Shown here: positions 13,942 to 28,252 of the stretch, piece by piece
Position numbering within the stretch: position 1 is the stretch's first letter
Layout of the letters: the number at the start of each line of letters is the position of its first letter
From: Octopus sinensis
Lineage: Eukaryota
Direction of reading: 5' to 3'
Assembly: GCF_006345805.1 (NCBI RefSeq)
Contig: NC_043004.1
Location: 27,962,001 to 28,026,000 of the forward strand
Length of the DNA: 64,000 bases
Position numbers and translations under genes: made by a program
Notes under the pieces: model-generated
The model's database searches: none
Seen by the model: the letters and a program-made list of their open reading frames with translations, nothing else
What the model was told of the DNA's origin: nothing

Positions 13942-14599
13942 TTGTATGTATGGATACATGTGTGTGTGTGTATGTTTACATATATCTGTAGGTGATTTAT
14001 CTATATGCTTGTATATTTTGGAGTCTATACCTATATAAGAACAGATATGGAGTAATGTATGCATGAATGCATGCATACATACATTACATATGTACATTAT
14101 ATATATGCATACATACATGCATGCATACATATATTAATGCATGTATATATTTAACGTGCATACAAATTTTATATGCACAAATTCCAATATATATAGGTGT
14201 GTGTGTGTGTGAGTGTTTTAGATCGGTACAGCTCGATAGAACCCCAAAAAGTAGTTCACCAATCAGCATCATTAGACTGTGGCCGGCGTAATGGAATAGG
14301 AGCTTTATTTGCATATTCAAAACGTTTCCCGTAAACATATATATACACATACATACATACATACATACATACATACATACATACATACATACATACATAC
14401 ATACATACATACTATCAGAGATACTTGGCGTTGCTCGGAATAAAAAATACCATAGTTTGTTATGTCGAAACAGGTGATACGGGAAATTGCAGATTTGACG
14501 ACAAAATATCTGTGGAGTAAATGATGGGCTAATTCGACTAAGCGACATATGCGTATATTTGGAGTATTCCAGGCCCTAACCACGAACACGCACATACAT

Positions 14600-14637
<38 letters not shown>

Positions 14638-14689
14638 AACAAAGCATACACACACTGCATATACATACACGCACACACACATACTTCAA

Positions 14690-15172
14690 AATACCAGTAC
14701 TTTCAACTGACCATTCTCCTACGCACATGTGTAGGTGGACACACAACGGGCAACCACTCCTACCAAAATTCTTACTATAAATTCTTCCTTTGACCTTAAA
14801 CGATACTAAGCCCAACCATACACATGGATAAACAACCACAACCACACACACATACACGGAGACCTGCGCGCGCGCATATACCCCCCCACACACCTCCTTC
14901 TCTTGCACTCCCCTGTCTTTGAAAGAACATTTTCTTCATCCATTCCCTTCTGGTCATTTCAATATGTGACCGCGTGCGTATCGTTGGCGATTTTCTTTCT
15001 CCTTCTTCCCTGCCTTGGACTTTTCCTTTTTTCTATATTTCTGACGAAGAGCTCCTCTCGAAACTTTACATTCTCCTTCTTTCTTTCCTTTCCTGAGCGT
15101 CCAATAACACTATGCTTGTTCCACATCCTCGCGTTATTGTGTTTTCTCTTTGTTCATGTTTGGATTAACTAT
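14690..15172 (+). mobile_element. Penelope-like terminal region, family P1, with degenerate HHR at 15041-15068
   Basis: Homologous to 11055-11560; CTGACGAAGAGCTCCTCTCGAAAC; ends at (TA)n. Confidence 0.6.
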
Positions 15173-15189
15173 ATATGTATATATATATA

Positions 15190-15650
15190 GTGACGTATAT
15201 TTGCCATTTGAATATGGCTAACCCTTAATGGTGGATGCTACTGTAGTTTGTAGCCCCAGGAGGACACCTCCTCCAGCTGGCTATAGACACACTTTCTGTG
15301 CCTTATCAGTATTTGCGAAGGGAAGCCGTCCTTCCCGTCTTCAACTTATGATACACACGGACTCGAGTTTCAGGGTATTGACCCGTCATCGGCGTGTGAC
15401 AATCATAGTTCTCGATGGGAAATCGGTTCCCCTCACAAATACATATACTTTTTCCAGTATCGATTGACATTGATATTGAAAAAGTGAAATCAAACAAGGA
15501 TAAATGTCAGAGCGAGTTATAAACAGTAGCAGCAACACATCGTGACGTATATTTGCCATTTGAATATGGCTAACCCCTAAGGGTGGATGCTACTGTAGTT
15601 TGTAGCCCCAGGAGGACACCTCCTCCAGCTGGCTATAGACACACTTTCTG

Positions 15651-15651
<1 letters not shown>
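15190..15651 (-). mobile_element. Partial-tandem (1.3 x 352 bp) HHR-bearing element, retrozyme/pLTR-like
   Basis: A ~110-bp direct repeat at 15190-15299 and 15542-15651, HHR between the copies, (TA)n on both flanks. Confidence 0.7.
15354..15398 (-). ncRNA. Type I hammerhead ribozyme (U4C variant)
   Basis: CACACG-CCGATGA-C-GGGT-CAAT-ACCC-T-GAAA-C-TCGA-GTC-CGTGTG. 6-bp stem I, palindromic stem III ACTCGAGT, GUC triplet. Confidence 0.75.
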
Positions 15652-15694
<43 letters not shown>

Positions 15695-16953
15695 GGTGCG
15701 TGTGTGTGTTTGTCTGTGTATATAGGAAGTTAGTGAGCTTCAAACAGTCGTAGAAGAATATAAAAGACAACTTTCAGGAACAAGAGTGGTTTATTCGCAC
15801 AGACGGTTGTGAATGTTTTCAGAATCGAAGTACGATAAACTGAAAATGGGGTATTATATAGTTCACAGTTAGCAACTGGGGTTGCTGTATATGCAAACAA
15901 ACATCCAAAGTTAGGGAAAAGAGTAGATAAAAATCCAGGCTACATATGTTTTATAGCTAGCAAGCAGAACCCCGGAAGTAGTAATAATCCAAACAATTGG
16001 TAGATCGCAAGCTACTCTTCATTTACTCTTGATTGCATGAAATTTACTTAGGAGATCCTGTTTTAACTAGCAGACGATTCGATCGAAATGCGTAGAAACC
16101 ATATATTTGTGTATGTATATATATACATACATACATACATACATACATACATACATACATACATACATACATACATACATACATACACATACATATATAT
16201 ATATATATATAATATATATATATTCATATATGCATATACACACACACACACACATACACCCCCATATATATATATGTGTGTGTATTTATGTATGTATTTC
16301 TATATATATCCATATATAAACACAAACACGTCAATGTAAGTTTATTTTATTTACCAATAAGTGGCTGCAAACGCTAAAGTGATGTTCTTGCTTTATCAAA
16401 CAGCACTGTTATACTAGTTAATGGCTTCACTAAAACCTCCAACATAAACTCATCATAATTCACTTGTGATCGATAATGGCCTTGACACATATTTACTCAA
16501 AGGAAACCAGTTTGCACATCATTTTCGCTTTGCAACACACACACACACACACACACTTCACTTTTCATTAAGTGTGATCAAACATTAAGGAAATTGATTA
16601 TGTTATTTTTCTTATTTCCATTACACATGTCACACGTAATTGATGTACATTTTATACCTACGTACGTTTATATATACACTTATTTAAACACAAATGACAT
16701 CATGCACTTATACAAATACAAGAGCACACACATAAAGATACGTACTCTAGAATGTACAGACAACGCCATATGAAAAAAAGCAGGCAGGCTCGCACACGCG
16801 CACACAGACAGAGACACGCACACACACCACACTTTATATTTTCTATATCTCGTCCATCGCTTATTTACTTCCTATCAAATTTGCCAAGTATGTAAACGCA
16901 CGTGTACGCTTATGTATGTACGCCTGTACGTGTGTGTGTGTATGTGTGTGTGT

Positions 16954-17033
<80 letters not shown>

Positions 17034-18934
17034 TGTATTAATTGCAAAGTTGATAGTGTTCACATTACAACTATTAGTTTCGCCATAACATGGATCTTCA
17101 GGCAATCTCAGCTAGAACACTTCATCCTCACACTATTCAACATGTTAATTCTAGTAGATGAAATACGTATTGTGTTGTTATGATGGCGCAACACTTTTTT
17201 GAAAACCCACGTTCTACAATTCAAACAAGCCCTGTCTTGCAGGCCTACAATAAAAGCCAATCCAGTCATAGCCATCCTGTAATTTTAGGGCAAAGGAAGG
17301 TTTTTTAAATCATATTATCTCATGAATGGTCTTTCGTTTTTGAAGTCAATGGAGTGTGTAGGATGAGATAGACTTGGTTGCTATTTCTAGCAGGTTTAGT
17401 CATTATGTCGGAGCTCTTTCTTGTGTCAATGGTGATGTCATTAGTGGTAGTTGAAATGGTTGATGTATGGTTATTGTTGTAGTTGTTGTTGTTTAGCCCT
17501 AAATGAGCATTGACTAAGGTGTTCCAGCCATGACCGTTCCATATTTATTTCAGATATCGTGTACTTTCATTACTCAGGGTGGTAGGTTGTGATTTGAAGG
17601 AGTTTTGACTGCTACTTCTAACAGGTCAGGATACAGCCTAAAGGCTCCATCACTGCTATGGCTTTTGTTGTTGTTTTTGGTGACGATGATGATGGTGATG
17701 GCGGGATCTGTGATGTCTAAATGTTGATGGTAGTTGAAGGTGGAGTAGTGGTGGCAGGTAGGACGCAATGACTGCAGTAGTGGTCGTGTGAGGTAGGCCA
17801 TCTACCGACAGATTCACCGCCATAGTGCTACATCCCCACCAACCTACATCACACACATCGTCATCATTCCTGACCTCGACTCAGCTGAAAATGTCTCTCT
17901 TCCGTTTGTGTGTGTGTGATTATGTACATGTCGGTGTAAACGTATACTTTGTGTATGAGTGTGAATGGATATGTATGTGTGTATGTATGTGTATGTGTTT
18001 GGAATTCTACGTATATGTTTGTACGCGAATGTCTGCGTTCAACTGCCAAAGTATATGCCTGCACGTATGTATGTGTACAGGAAGTCTTTATATATAAATA
18101 AAGCAATGTGTGTGTGTGTGTGAGTATGTGAGTATGTGTGCATGTGTGTGCGTGTGTGTTTGTGTGTGCGCGTGTGTGTGTGCATGTGTGTGTTCATGTG
18201 TGTGCTCGTGTGTGCGTGTGTGTGTTTGTGTTTGTGTGTGTGTGTGCATGTGTGTGTTCATGTGTGTGCTCATGTGTGCGTGTGTGTGTGTTTGTGTTTG
18301 TGTGTGTGTGTGCATGTGTGTATGTGTGTGTGCATGCACGCGTAATCAAGTGTGTATGTCTAAACGCCATTGTATATGTGTGTACTCATGTGTTTGCCTC
18401 TGTCTGTGGGACTAAGACCCACCGTTGTCGTGTGTATGTGTGTGACTCTGAACCGATGTCTTTCCGTACGCGTGCTTGTTTACGTACGTCATTGTGATGC
18501 ATTCTCTGTGTATTTTGCAATGAGGGTCCTAGTTGCCATTTTTATCTGTATATGTGAACCGAGAGGAGAAAATTACTTAAACTGGTTTTATACAATATAT
18601 TTGTAGATATGAATGCATTTATACCACACACACACGCACACACACACATTGACCGCGCCATTTCTTTCCTACCATTTTAAAGCACAAGTTGTCAGACCCT
18701 TTTCTACTCACTCTCATCTTATACTCGGCTGTCCTCCTATTAAAAGATAAAATTCATCTGCAACTTCCAAAATTCTAATTTATTATACAACCGCTTCAAT
18801 CTTTCCTGCATAACTTTCATTAAAGATAGGAATTTCAGAAACCTTCTAGTAAGATATTCCACAGCGCTCAGTCCCACACAGCCAGGAACTTTTAAATGCG
18901 CTTGCCAAAAGGGCAACACCTGTCCTCTACATTA

Positions 18935-19162
18935 TATTTCTTTTCTACCCACAAGGGGCTAAACACAGAGGGGACAAACAATGACAGACAAATGGATTAA
19001 GTCGATTACATCGACACCAGTGAGTAACTGGTACTGTATTTATCGACCCCGAAAGGATGAAAGGCAAAGTCGACCTCGGCGGAATTTGAACTCGGAACGT
19101 AACAACAGACGAAATACGGCGACGCATTTCGCCCGGTGTGCTAACGTTTCTGCCAGCTCGCC
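18935..19162 (-). mobile_element. SINE family A, full length, 13-bp TSD
   Basis: TSD GTCCTCTACATTA at 18922-18934 and 19163-19175; tRNA-like head GGCGAGCTGGCAGAAACGTTAGC with B box GAGTTCAAATTCC. Confidence 0.9.
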
Positions 19163-19523
19163 GTCCTCTACATTAACAACTACAAACACCACTGAACCTA
19201 AATCATATCATCTTACTCAGAACTTCCGTTGTACATAGTCTTATGTTACACGTATGTAAACCTTGCGGCTTCATTTACATTGGGCAAACAAGTCGATACA
19301 TAGCTGATCGCTTTTAGGAACTCATTCGAAGCATATTACTACTTAAGCCCGGCCAATCTGTTACCGTCCACTTCAACACTACAGGCCTTTGGACCACAAA
19401 TCAGTGTGCAGTATCGCCTCACAACATTGATCCACATTCTCTGGGAAACGAAGAGATTGCGTTACATATTCGAACTTGTCATCGCGTCACCAGTAGTTTC
19501 AAGTGAAAGTATTTTCTTTCCAT

Positions 19524-19759
19524 ATACCTATTTCTTTATTACCCACAAGGGGCTAAACATAGAGGGGACAAACAAGGACATACATAGGTATTAAGGCAAT
19601 TACATCGACCCCAGTGCGTAACTGGTACTTAATTTATCGACCCCGAAAGGATGAAAGGCAAAGTTGACCTCGGCGGAATTTGAACTCACAACGTAACGAC
19701 AGACGAAATACGGCTACACATTTCGCCCGGCGTGCTAATGTTTCTGCCAGCTCGCCGCC
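19524..19759 (-). mobile_element. SINE family A, full length
   Basis: High similarity to 18935-19162. Confidence 0.9.
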
Positions 19760-20523
19760 GTCCAGAAGCTCTCGCGAGACGGGCCTCAAATTCATTAAAG
19801 CATTTCATAACTTTCATCTCACTTTAACTTCATCTTTTTCCTCTCCTCACTCTCAACTTCATCTTTTTCCTCTCCTCACTCTCAACTTCACTCGCTTCTC
19901 CTCCTCCTCCATATTCCATTACTTTTTTCACTTCTACTTTCTCACACAGTTTCCCTACTACTTTTTATTCATGTATGAAGATCACGTAGTCCTGTGTTGT
20001 AGCCAATTTTTGAAAACTTAGCAGATATAAAACTCTGCAGTATTTATTTATATTCCTCTTTCAACTTTAACCTAACAAAGGAGCCTGACCAAAACGTTCG
20101 ATTTTCCACTCATCACGAATATACGATATAATGTCTTGCCGACTCAGATAAACGCCAGCCACTTTGGTGTCTCTGTGTGTGAAACAAATAAAGATAAAAT
20201 ATATCAAAATACTCGTGCGCTTGCGCGCACGCACAGTCACTCACACACACACACACACACGTACGTTTGTACGTATGCATATGCGTATTCTACGTATGTT
20301 AAGAAAGGTGGCAAGTGAAATTTCTTCGTAAACAATATTTTTATGTTTACGAAAAATGTTTTCACTGTATATATTGAAAATAGGAAATAACATTTTAAGC
20401 ATATATATATACATATGCTTAAAATGTTATTTCCTATATTCAATAATATATATTATATATATATATATATATATAGATATATATATATATAATATATATA
20501 TAATAATATATATATATATATAG

Positions 20524-20866
20524 TAAGCAATTAAGGGTTTAGCAACGAATTGCCTTACCACACACCGAATTTAGAAATAGCAGTCAAAGAGATTATAGCT
20601 ATTTCTTCTACTAAAAGGAGATCACAGTAAAGGCACAGCATTTGAAAGGCAAACACAAACAGGCAAAAGAGAATGAATTAACGGCAATCTATCATACAGT
20701 TTTGCCGTTAATTCATTCTCTTTTGCCTGTTTGTGTTTGCCTTTCAAATGCTGTGCCTTTACTGTGATCTCCCTTTTAGTAGAAGAAATAGCTATAATCT
20801 CTTTGACTGCTATTTCTAAATTCGGTGTGTGGTAAGGCAATTCGTTGCTAAACCCTTAATTGCTTA
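20524..20866. repeat. Long inverted repeat (164/165-bp arms, 14-nt spacer)
   Basis: 20524-20687 is the reverse complement of 20702-20866 apart from a 1-nt indel; the unit lies between (TA)n tracts. Confidence 0.95.
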
Positions 20867-20984
20867 GTATTACTTAAATTTTCCTCGAATGAGGCTTTTA
20901 CATGCCGAAGACTACTTGGTGTAATTGATAATTGTTCCAAATTAATTAATTTCACCCTTCATTGTTACTCATATATATATATAT

Positions 20985-21062
<78 letters not shown>

Positions 21063-21648
21063 ATATTTATATATATATATATTTCCTATATTCAATATAT
21101 ATATATATAATATATATATATATGTGTGTGTGTGTACATGTATATCCTTGGTTTGAGCCTTGGTAGGACTTACTTCATTAACCTCACACTTGTTTTCCGC
21201 TCTCTCAAATGAAAGTAAAACGATGTAGGATTGATGTCATGGGGTATTGGACATTTCTGGTGCCCAAGCTGTTTAAATTCTCACGGTATTTCACACATCT
21301 AATATATTACTTCATTTCTGCGTAACATATAGAAATAATATAGAAGTCTTGTAAATGTGAATAACTAATATTTAGAGCCTCTTGTGTGTCAGCTGTTCCC
21401 CAAGTCTCCAACGACCGACGTATCAGTTTGATAAACTATAATTTAGGGGCTTGTTGGAGGAGAGTGTTAAGGTGGGAAAGGGACGATGTGTGTTAGTAAA
21501 ACAGAAGTCATGGGAGAGATATAGGGGGTTAACAAGAGTGGAAGAAAAGGGTGACTGATTGTAGCAGTGTGGAGACAAAAGAAGGTAGAGCAAGGCGTAA
21601 GGAGGAGCAGAGCCGTTGGAATATATAATGGACATAAATACATGTATG

Positions 21649-21705
<57 letters not shown>

Positions 21706-21920
21706 CAGAAGACACGACTGTGTTGGTGAATTTTATATTAAATATTTTTGTTGTTTTCTTCATGTTCCCCTTCAGTTTCCAACATCCATTTATCAAAAGC
21801 CCATTAATTCTTCCGAGATCCTTTCAGTTTTATCTTCTTAGTAATGTGGTTATTGTGGAGGTTTTTATTGCCAAACTATTATAGTAGCCAGCAACAATAA
21901 AAGAAAATGATGCTGTTACA

Positions 21921-21957
<37 letters not shown>

Positions 21958-22527
21958 TGTTATCTTTTTAGGAATATGAAATTAGTAAGAGGAGTGGATT
22001 CTCAGTCCCTTCGCTCCCGCCCCTTACGCCACGCAGTGGCAAGGGTTTTACTAGTTAACCCATAGGTGAGACCCTTACATGTGATACCACTCCGGGCCAG
22101 AGTAGACCTAGGAATAATAGTTGCTAAGAGGTGCGGATCGTAAGGAGGGTGATGAAGGAAGAAGTGACAGGTTGTAGACCCAGAAGGAGACCTTGGTTTG
22201 TGTGGATGGATGGAGTGAGGAAAGGTTTGGTGGTTAGAGGTGTTGTAGAGGTAAAGGAGTTTATAAATGATAAGGATGCTTGGAGAGTGCTTGTGGATGG
22301 ATGAGTGAATTTGATGTTGCTCAAAGGAGTACGGAACTAGCATGATGTGCCGGGAATAAACTGGCATTTGCTGCCGGGCCCTGCTGCTGACGTTGGGGGT
22401 GCGTTCTATGCCTTGACCCGAGTATAGAACGGGACTCGCTTCTTTGAGGTGGGAAATGAATAGAATGCCTGGTGTGTGTCTTGTTGTGGCTACCCCCTCC
22501 TCAAACTGTGGGAAATAGGCCTGGGTG

Positions 22528-22562
<35 letters not shown>

Positions 22563-24059
22563 ATCATATATATAAATGGCAATTTCAACCTGTCTGTCTA
22601 TTACTATTTTGCTACCCAAACCAGAGTGTCACTCTTCACCAAACTTTGTATACATGTTGAACTAACATCCAGTCAATTATAGGCTAATTGAATTTCAAAT
22701 AAAAATCGATAATCGACCGACTACGGTGGTTGGGCTATTACATGATAGAATTAGAGGGGTGCAAAAGTGTTAGGCCTAGGGAAATGTGGCATAATGAAGT
22801 GGCTGATATCAGGGAAGAGGGGGAGACATGAAGAGATGGACACACAGGGAATGTGAGAGACAGGGACGCCTTCCATATGTATAAAAGAGAGTTTTTGTGT
22901 GTGTGCGTGTGTGTGAATGTGTGTGTGTGTGTGTGTGCGTGTATGTGAATGTGTGTGTGTGTGTGTGTGTGCTTATCTTCCTTATGCATTCGAAACCTGC
23001 GTTGCCGATTTTGACGTATGGTGTATCAAAAGATTCAGAAATCGTATGAATGCCAAATAAACTTTATTTTCATCTACATATTTGCATTACAAAAGTTTTA
23101 CATTATAATCTTTTCTATAAGTCAACTATCGTAAACATTTTATACCACGACGATAACGACGATGACGTCACATTTTCAATATGAGTGTGTACCTCAAAAG
23201 ACATCCATTTCTCTATATCTTATGACAAAATACAGTCACTCACTCTCCCTCTCTCTCACATGTACACGCACCCACATAAAAAAAGTATGCATATGTATTT
23301 ATGTATATGTATAAGAAAGATGTGTGTGTGAGTATGGGACAGAGAGATCGAGGGAATGCCACTTACATATACATAGCAACACACACCTTCACTCATTCAT
23401 TCTCTCTCTCTCTCACGCACACGCGCGCGCACACACATGCACGTCCATTTCATATACACGTACATACATCTTTTACTTTCTCCTCGCACTTCAAAGCAAA
23501 TGTCGCGGTTTCACTTTCTCTTCTCTTTCAATTTCTGCATTCTTCAAATAGTAAAGAAATAAAAACAATTTTTACGGAAATTAACGAATACATCTGAAAA
23601 CTGAGTTGCCGATTTGTGTTCCTATTACATAGCGCGTTTATGTTCCTATCACATAGCGACCCGGCAAAAGAGGCCGGTAGAATATGTACCAGGCTTTACG
23701 GAAAAAAGAACCAACAAAAAAACCAAGAAAACAGCAAAAAGAGAACTGGAGTCAATTCCTTCGACTAAAATTCTTCAAAGCAGTGCCCCACCTGGCCACA
23801 GTCCAAAACAAGTAAAAGTTAAAAGACAATATGTGTGTGTATGTGTGCGCGCGTATGTGTATGTGTATGTGTATGTTTGCGTGTGTGTGTTTGTGTGTGT
23901 GTATACATGTATGTATATGTGTATGTGTATGTACATGCATGTATGTATCTATGTGTGTGTGTGTCTGTGTGTGTCTGTGTCTGTATGTGTCTGTATGTGT
24001 GTAGCTGAGATAATACAAATGACCAAATAAGACACTGAATAACCAAGCGGTAGTGCATT

Positions 24060-25000
24060 ATGCGCATGCTCAGTTGCCTAAACTTGTGTTCTTGCGTTTA
24101 AAGTATGTTAATATTTAAATGTTTACTTTCCAGTTGGATGGTTTTCTTTGGATTCAGTCAAGGATGTTTGTATGTGTAAGAGCAGAACCGTCCCAGATAT
24201 GGGAGCAGTATGGATTCTACTTATTAGCAAATACAGCTGTTTAAATCTTTCCTGGCACTAAAAGAGGAATCTAAATCTTTCTGATGAAATTTCAGTAATG
24301 TTTTATATATGTAGGTTATTACGAGAGTTCACCATATATTTCATCGACCTCAAAAGGATGAAAGGCAAAGCTGACCTCGGCAGAATTTGAGCTGAAAATG
24401 TAAAGACGGACGGAATGCCGCTAAGCATTTTGCCCGGCGTGCTAACAATTTTGCACTCTTGTCTCTGTATAGAGTTCACCATATATTGAATCCCGATATT
24501 TATAACGACGTTATATGTAACGAGTCTTTTGGTGTTGTGAAAACTTGGTTTCCATGACTCCACTTACGGGTATGTTTGAGGTTTCTGTTTACAGAACTGG
24601 TGCAATTCTGGTGTAATGTGTGAAAATTGCGTGCCGATGATAACTGTTACCGGAAATTTATGCAACGCTTACGAGTCGTGTCTATCTAAAAACCTATGTG
24701 GTTAGACGTAACAAGGAAAGGATATTAATGTAGAGCATGAAAGTATGTGTGTGACTTAATCGAACCCTGAGGCATATTAGATTCGATAGAATGTGGGTCG
24801 GAGACAACCTTTTACCACATGCTGCGATGAAATGGCGAGGCAGGAAACATCCAATCCAAGAGATGAGAGACGGATGGTGTTCATAGGCGGGCATCTTAGC
24901 CAGGAGGTTGTTGTGATAAATACGGTCGAAGGTTTTCTTCATGTCAAGTTACTTTCTCTGCAGTTGGTGATGAATAGTGTGTGTGAAGTGCGGGTAGGTA
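24060..25000 (-). pseudogene. CR1/L2/Jockey-group LINE reverse transcriptase relic
   Basis: DMKKTFDRIYHNNLLAKM...LISWIGCFL (cf. DxxKAFDRVWH), PQGS motif near 24770, and YCSHIWDG near 24190-24215. Confidence 0.75.
24341..24462 (-). mobile_element. SINE family A, partial, nested in the LINE relic
   Basis: Flanking direct repeat AGAGTTCACCATATATT at 24324-24340 and 24471-24487. Confidence 0.75.
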
Positions 25001-26001
25001 ACTGACATGTTTATGAGAGTGAAGCGGAGATAAGGTGGTTGTCTGAGAAAGGGTGGAAGACAGTGGAATGTTAAAAGAAAGCAGGGTGGGAATTGGTCAT
25101 AGATATAAATACGACGAAGAAGAGAGAGAGAAGGGGGGGAGAAAGAAAGAAGAGACCATAGAGAGCAGAAAAATAGAGAGAGAATGAGAGAAATAGTTGT
25201 AACAATATAGACAAAGAGAGTGTGTGAAAGTACGAGAATGAGGGAGAGCGATAGAGAAAAGGAGAAAGAAAGAGAGGGAAAGAGAGAAGGAGAGAGAGGA
25301 GGAAGGGAAGAGAAAGAGAGAGAGAGAGTAGACAAGTAACAATTATTTAAAGAGAGCAGGATAGATAGATGGAAAGAAAGGAACGAACACCGAAATAAAA
25401 GTGTTTGTGGGTGTGGAGATGTGAAGTTGGCAGCCTAGTTATTAAATACAGCATACATCCAACTGAGAAGTCTGTAGTTCGTATCATCATGTCACCGGAA
25501 GTGTAGACAAAGCACTTAACTGACAACGGTCGAGTCCATCATACAGAAAGGTAATTATGTTACTGTATTCAGTACTTACACTCCCAGTACTTAATTATTT
25601 GTTACTGCTTAGCCCCAGGTCAATTTTGACCGAGTACACCTAATCATTAAAATTATTCTAGCCTTGACCACTTGGCATTTTAGGTGTGTATGGAGACTGT
25701 ATTATCCATTTAAGGTTGGGTGAGTTTGATTTGAAGAAGACTTTGCTGTTGTTTCTACCATTTCAGACAACAAAGTGAACACTTCCTACGTCTTGTAGTT
25801 TGGAATTCAAATTCGTCTCTTTCCTCATAGTTATCCGCAAAGGAGACATGTTTCTCTTCCATCCACTTAATATGCAAATCGGATGTTAACGTTAGTGTTG
25901 TTTAACACCAGGTGAGCCTTGATCCAGCAGACCTATAATCAAAGGTGGTTTAACTATAATCCTCTCCTACTTGCTTTTTACTGAGACATAATGTATTTGG
26001 A

Positions 26002-26340
26002 GAGAAGGCGCATGGCTCAGAGGTTAGAGCGTCGAGCTTACGATCATGAGGTTGTGAGTTCAAATGCCAGACCGGGCTGCGTGTTGTGTTCTTGAGTAAG
26101 ATACTTTATTTCACGTTGCTCCAGTTAACTCAGCTGTAGAAATGAGTTGCGACATCACTGGTGCCAAGCTGTATCGGCCTTTGCCTTTCCATTGGATAAC
26201 ACTGGTGGTGTGGAGAGGGGAGGCCGGTATGCATGGGCAACTGCTGGTCTTCCATAAACAGCCTGGCCCAGACTTGTGCCTCGGAGGCTAACTTTCTAGG
26301 TGCAATCCCATGGTCAGTCATGACCGAAGGGTTTCTCAGC
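26002..26340 (+). mobile_element. tRNA-derived SINE, family C, 12-bp TSD
   Basis: GGCGCATGGCTCAGAGGTTAGAGC head; TSD AATGTATTTGGA at 25990-26001 and 26341-26352. Confidence 0.85.
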
Positions 26341-26779
26341 AATGTATTTGGAACTGCATTATCTAATGTGTCCTTTTTAAGGGCGTGACTTGAAAAACAT
26401 TTGGTTGAGATCATATAGAAGTCCCTTCGTTGCTTCATGTAAGTAGATTGCTGTCCAGTCATTCATCAGTGAGTAGCTCTAGGTTAAAAGAAAAAGTGTC
26501 CACTATAGATCTAGAGCCCCATATATGTTTCTGCCTCGTTAAGGACCGCGCTATGTAATTCTCTATGCACTAGCCTATCATATTGGCAAGTTTTAGTAGT
26601 AGTCACTAGAGTGGCCATAGTTCGATAACTATGGCAGCACCACCGGCTTTACTCCTTTATAACACGTTCTGTCAGATAATTAGGCCCATCTATTTCAATT
26701 AGTCCCCACCAATCTTTCCATCTGTTTATTACAAATTTACCAAGTCTCATTAAGACTTCGATTTCTCCTCATCCCACCC

Positions 26780-27620
26780 TCCATTTATATGAAATAATCT
26801 ACCCTCTACTCACAGTTCCTTCACTAAGCAGTCTCTATAGCCGAAGTTAAATCCCACCAAGTTGCTCAGTTTTCTCCAACGTGGTTACTTATCCTGGCAT
26901 TGATGCAGTCCAAACTATTACCCCCTTGCATATTACCAGGTTCCCTTTCTATGTCACAGTTCGCTTCACATTCACTCCACAAAATACATCACATTAACTA
27001 CCCACTTCTTGGTTTATTATACATAGGAAAATCGACTGGATTTTACATAGGAAAATCGATATAGAGAGAATCTATGGATTGTTTGGTGAAATAGCAACAG
27101 ATTACCCGAACCGCTGCTCGCCACCTCAATTCTGCAGACCACTTCTACTTTCGTCTTGCCTCCCTATAGTTATTTCCCGATTCCCTATGAACAATGTTAA
27201 TTTTTCCGCCGATAATCGATTAGCTTTACTCTACTCCCACCTTATCCACTAATAGGTGTACACACACATCCATACCAACCATTTCTAAATATATACAGGT
27301 TACCTTCTTTACACCGAAAAATATTTTTGTTACTCACACAAACATGGCAGTGTGTCCAAATCTCCCCGTATAACTTTACATCATTACTACCTCCTCCACT
27401 CACCTCACCCATCACATACCTAGGCTTTTAGAGCATAACCTACATTCACCCACTGCTCACCACGCTATTATCTGCCCAATATAACACACCCTTACCTACT
27501 TCCATTATGCTACTCTTCATCATACAACGTGGATAACGATTTGTTTTCTCCAACAACACTTTTACTTTCCCCCGTTTATCCTGACAAAGGAAAAATTGAC
27601 CGAAAAGTCAATATCTCTTC
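26780..27620 (+). pseudogene. Highly decayed Penelope GIY-YIG and terminal relic
   Basis: YIGKS (duplicated TACATAGGAAAATCGA), AARHLNSADH, and a terminal HHR-like remnant CTGACAAAGG...CCGAAAAGTC at 27581-27610. Confidence 0.45.
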
Positions 27621-28134
27621 CTTGAACAGATTAAACAGTCTTTGTCTCATAACTTGTCTGTATATGCATGAAGAAGAGAAGGAGGGAAACAAAACATAAG
27701 CGTGAGAAAGTGTTACTACAAGCATAACGAGGTAAAACGAAACGAAGAGGTTTTATGTATGGTGTAGCAAGAATGGAAAGAATTGGTGTAAATTTTAGCC
27801 CCAGGTCAGTTCCGAGATCTCTGGTCCAGCAGATTTGTTAACATAACTATTCCAGCTGTGACCAAACAAGCTTTTTGTACTTTATTTTTTTTCTTTTATC
27901 ATAGCAGCGTCAGCAGCACCAGCAGTAGCATCAGCGGCAGTAGTATTAGTGGTAGTAGTAGTAGTAGTTTTGGTGGCGGTGGTAATAGTTGTAGTAGTAG
28001 TTTTTGTGATATAGATGGAGTGATACATACATACGTTTACAGAGAAACAGTGATAGGAGAGAGAAAGAGAGAAACTATGTGTCGGGTCGGTGTATTTGTA
28101 TATGCATATGCAAGGATGTTTTCATGTGTAGGCG

Positions 28135-28165
<31 letters not shown>

Positions 28166-28186
28166 TATATGTAGTATGTATGTATG

Positions 28187-28247
<61 letters not shown>

Positions 28248-28252
28248 CAGCA

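Larger units (their letters stand above)
18690..19810 (+). pseudogene. Penelope GIY-YIG relic interrupted by two family A SINEs
   Basis: FIKDRNFRNLLVR, PGTFKCACQKGNTCP, then after the first SINE YHLTQNFRCT...CKPCGFIYIGQTSRYIADRF...VHFN. Confidence 0.7.

Noticed and set aside
22002-22619. 205-aa minus-strand ORF
   Set aside because: Runs through a (TA)n tract and probable LINE 3' debris; no coherent domain.
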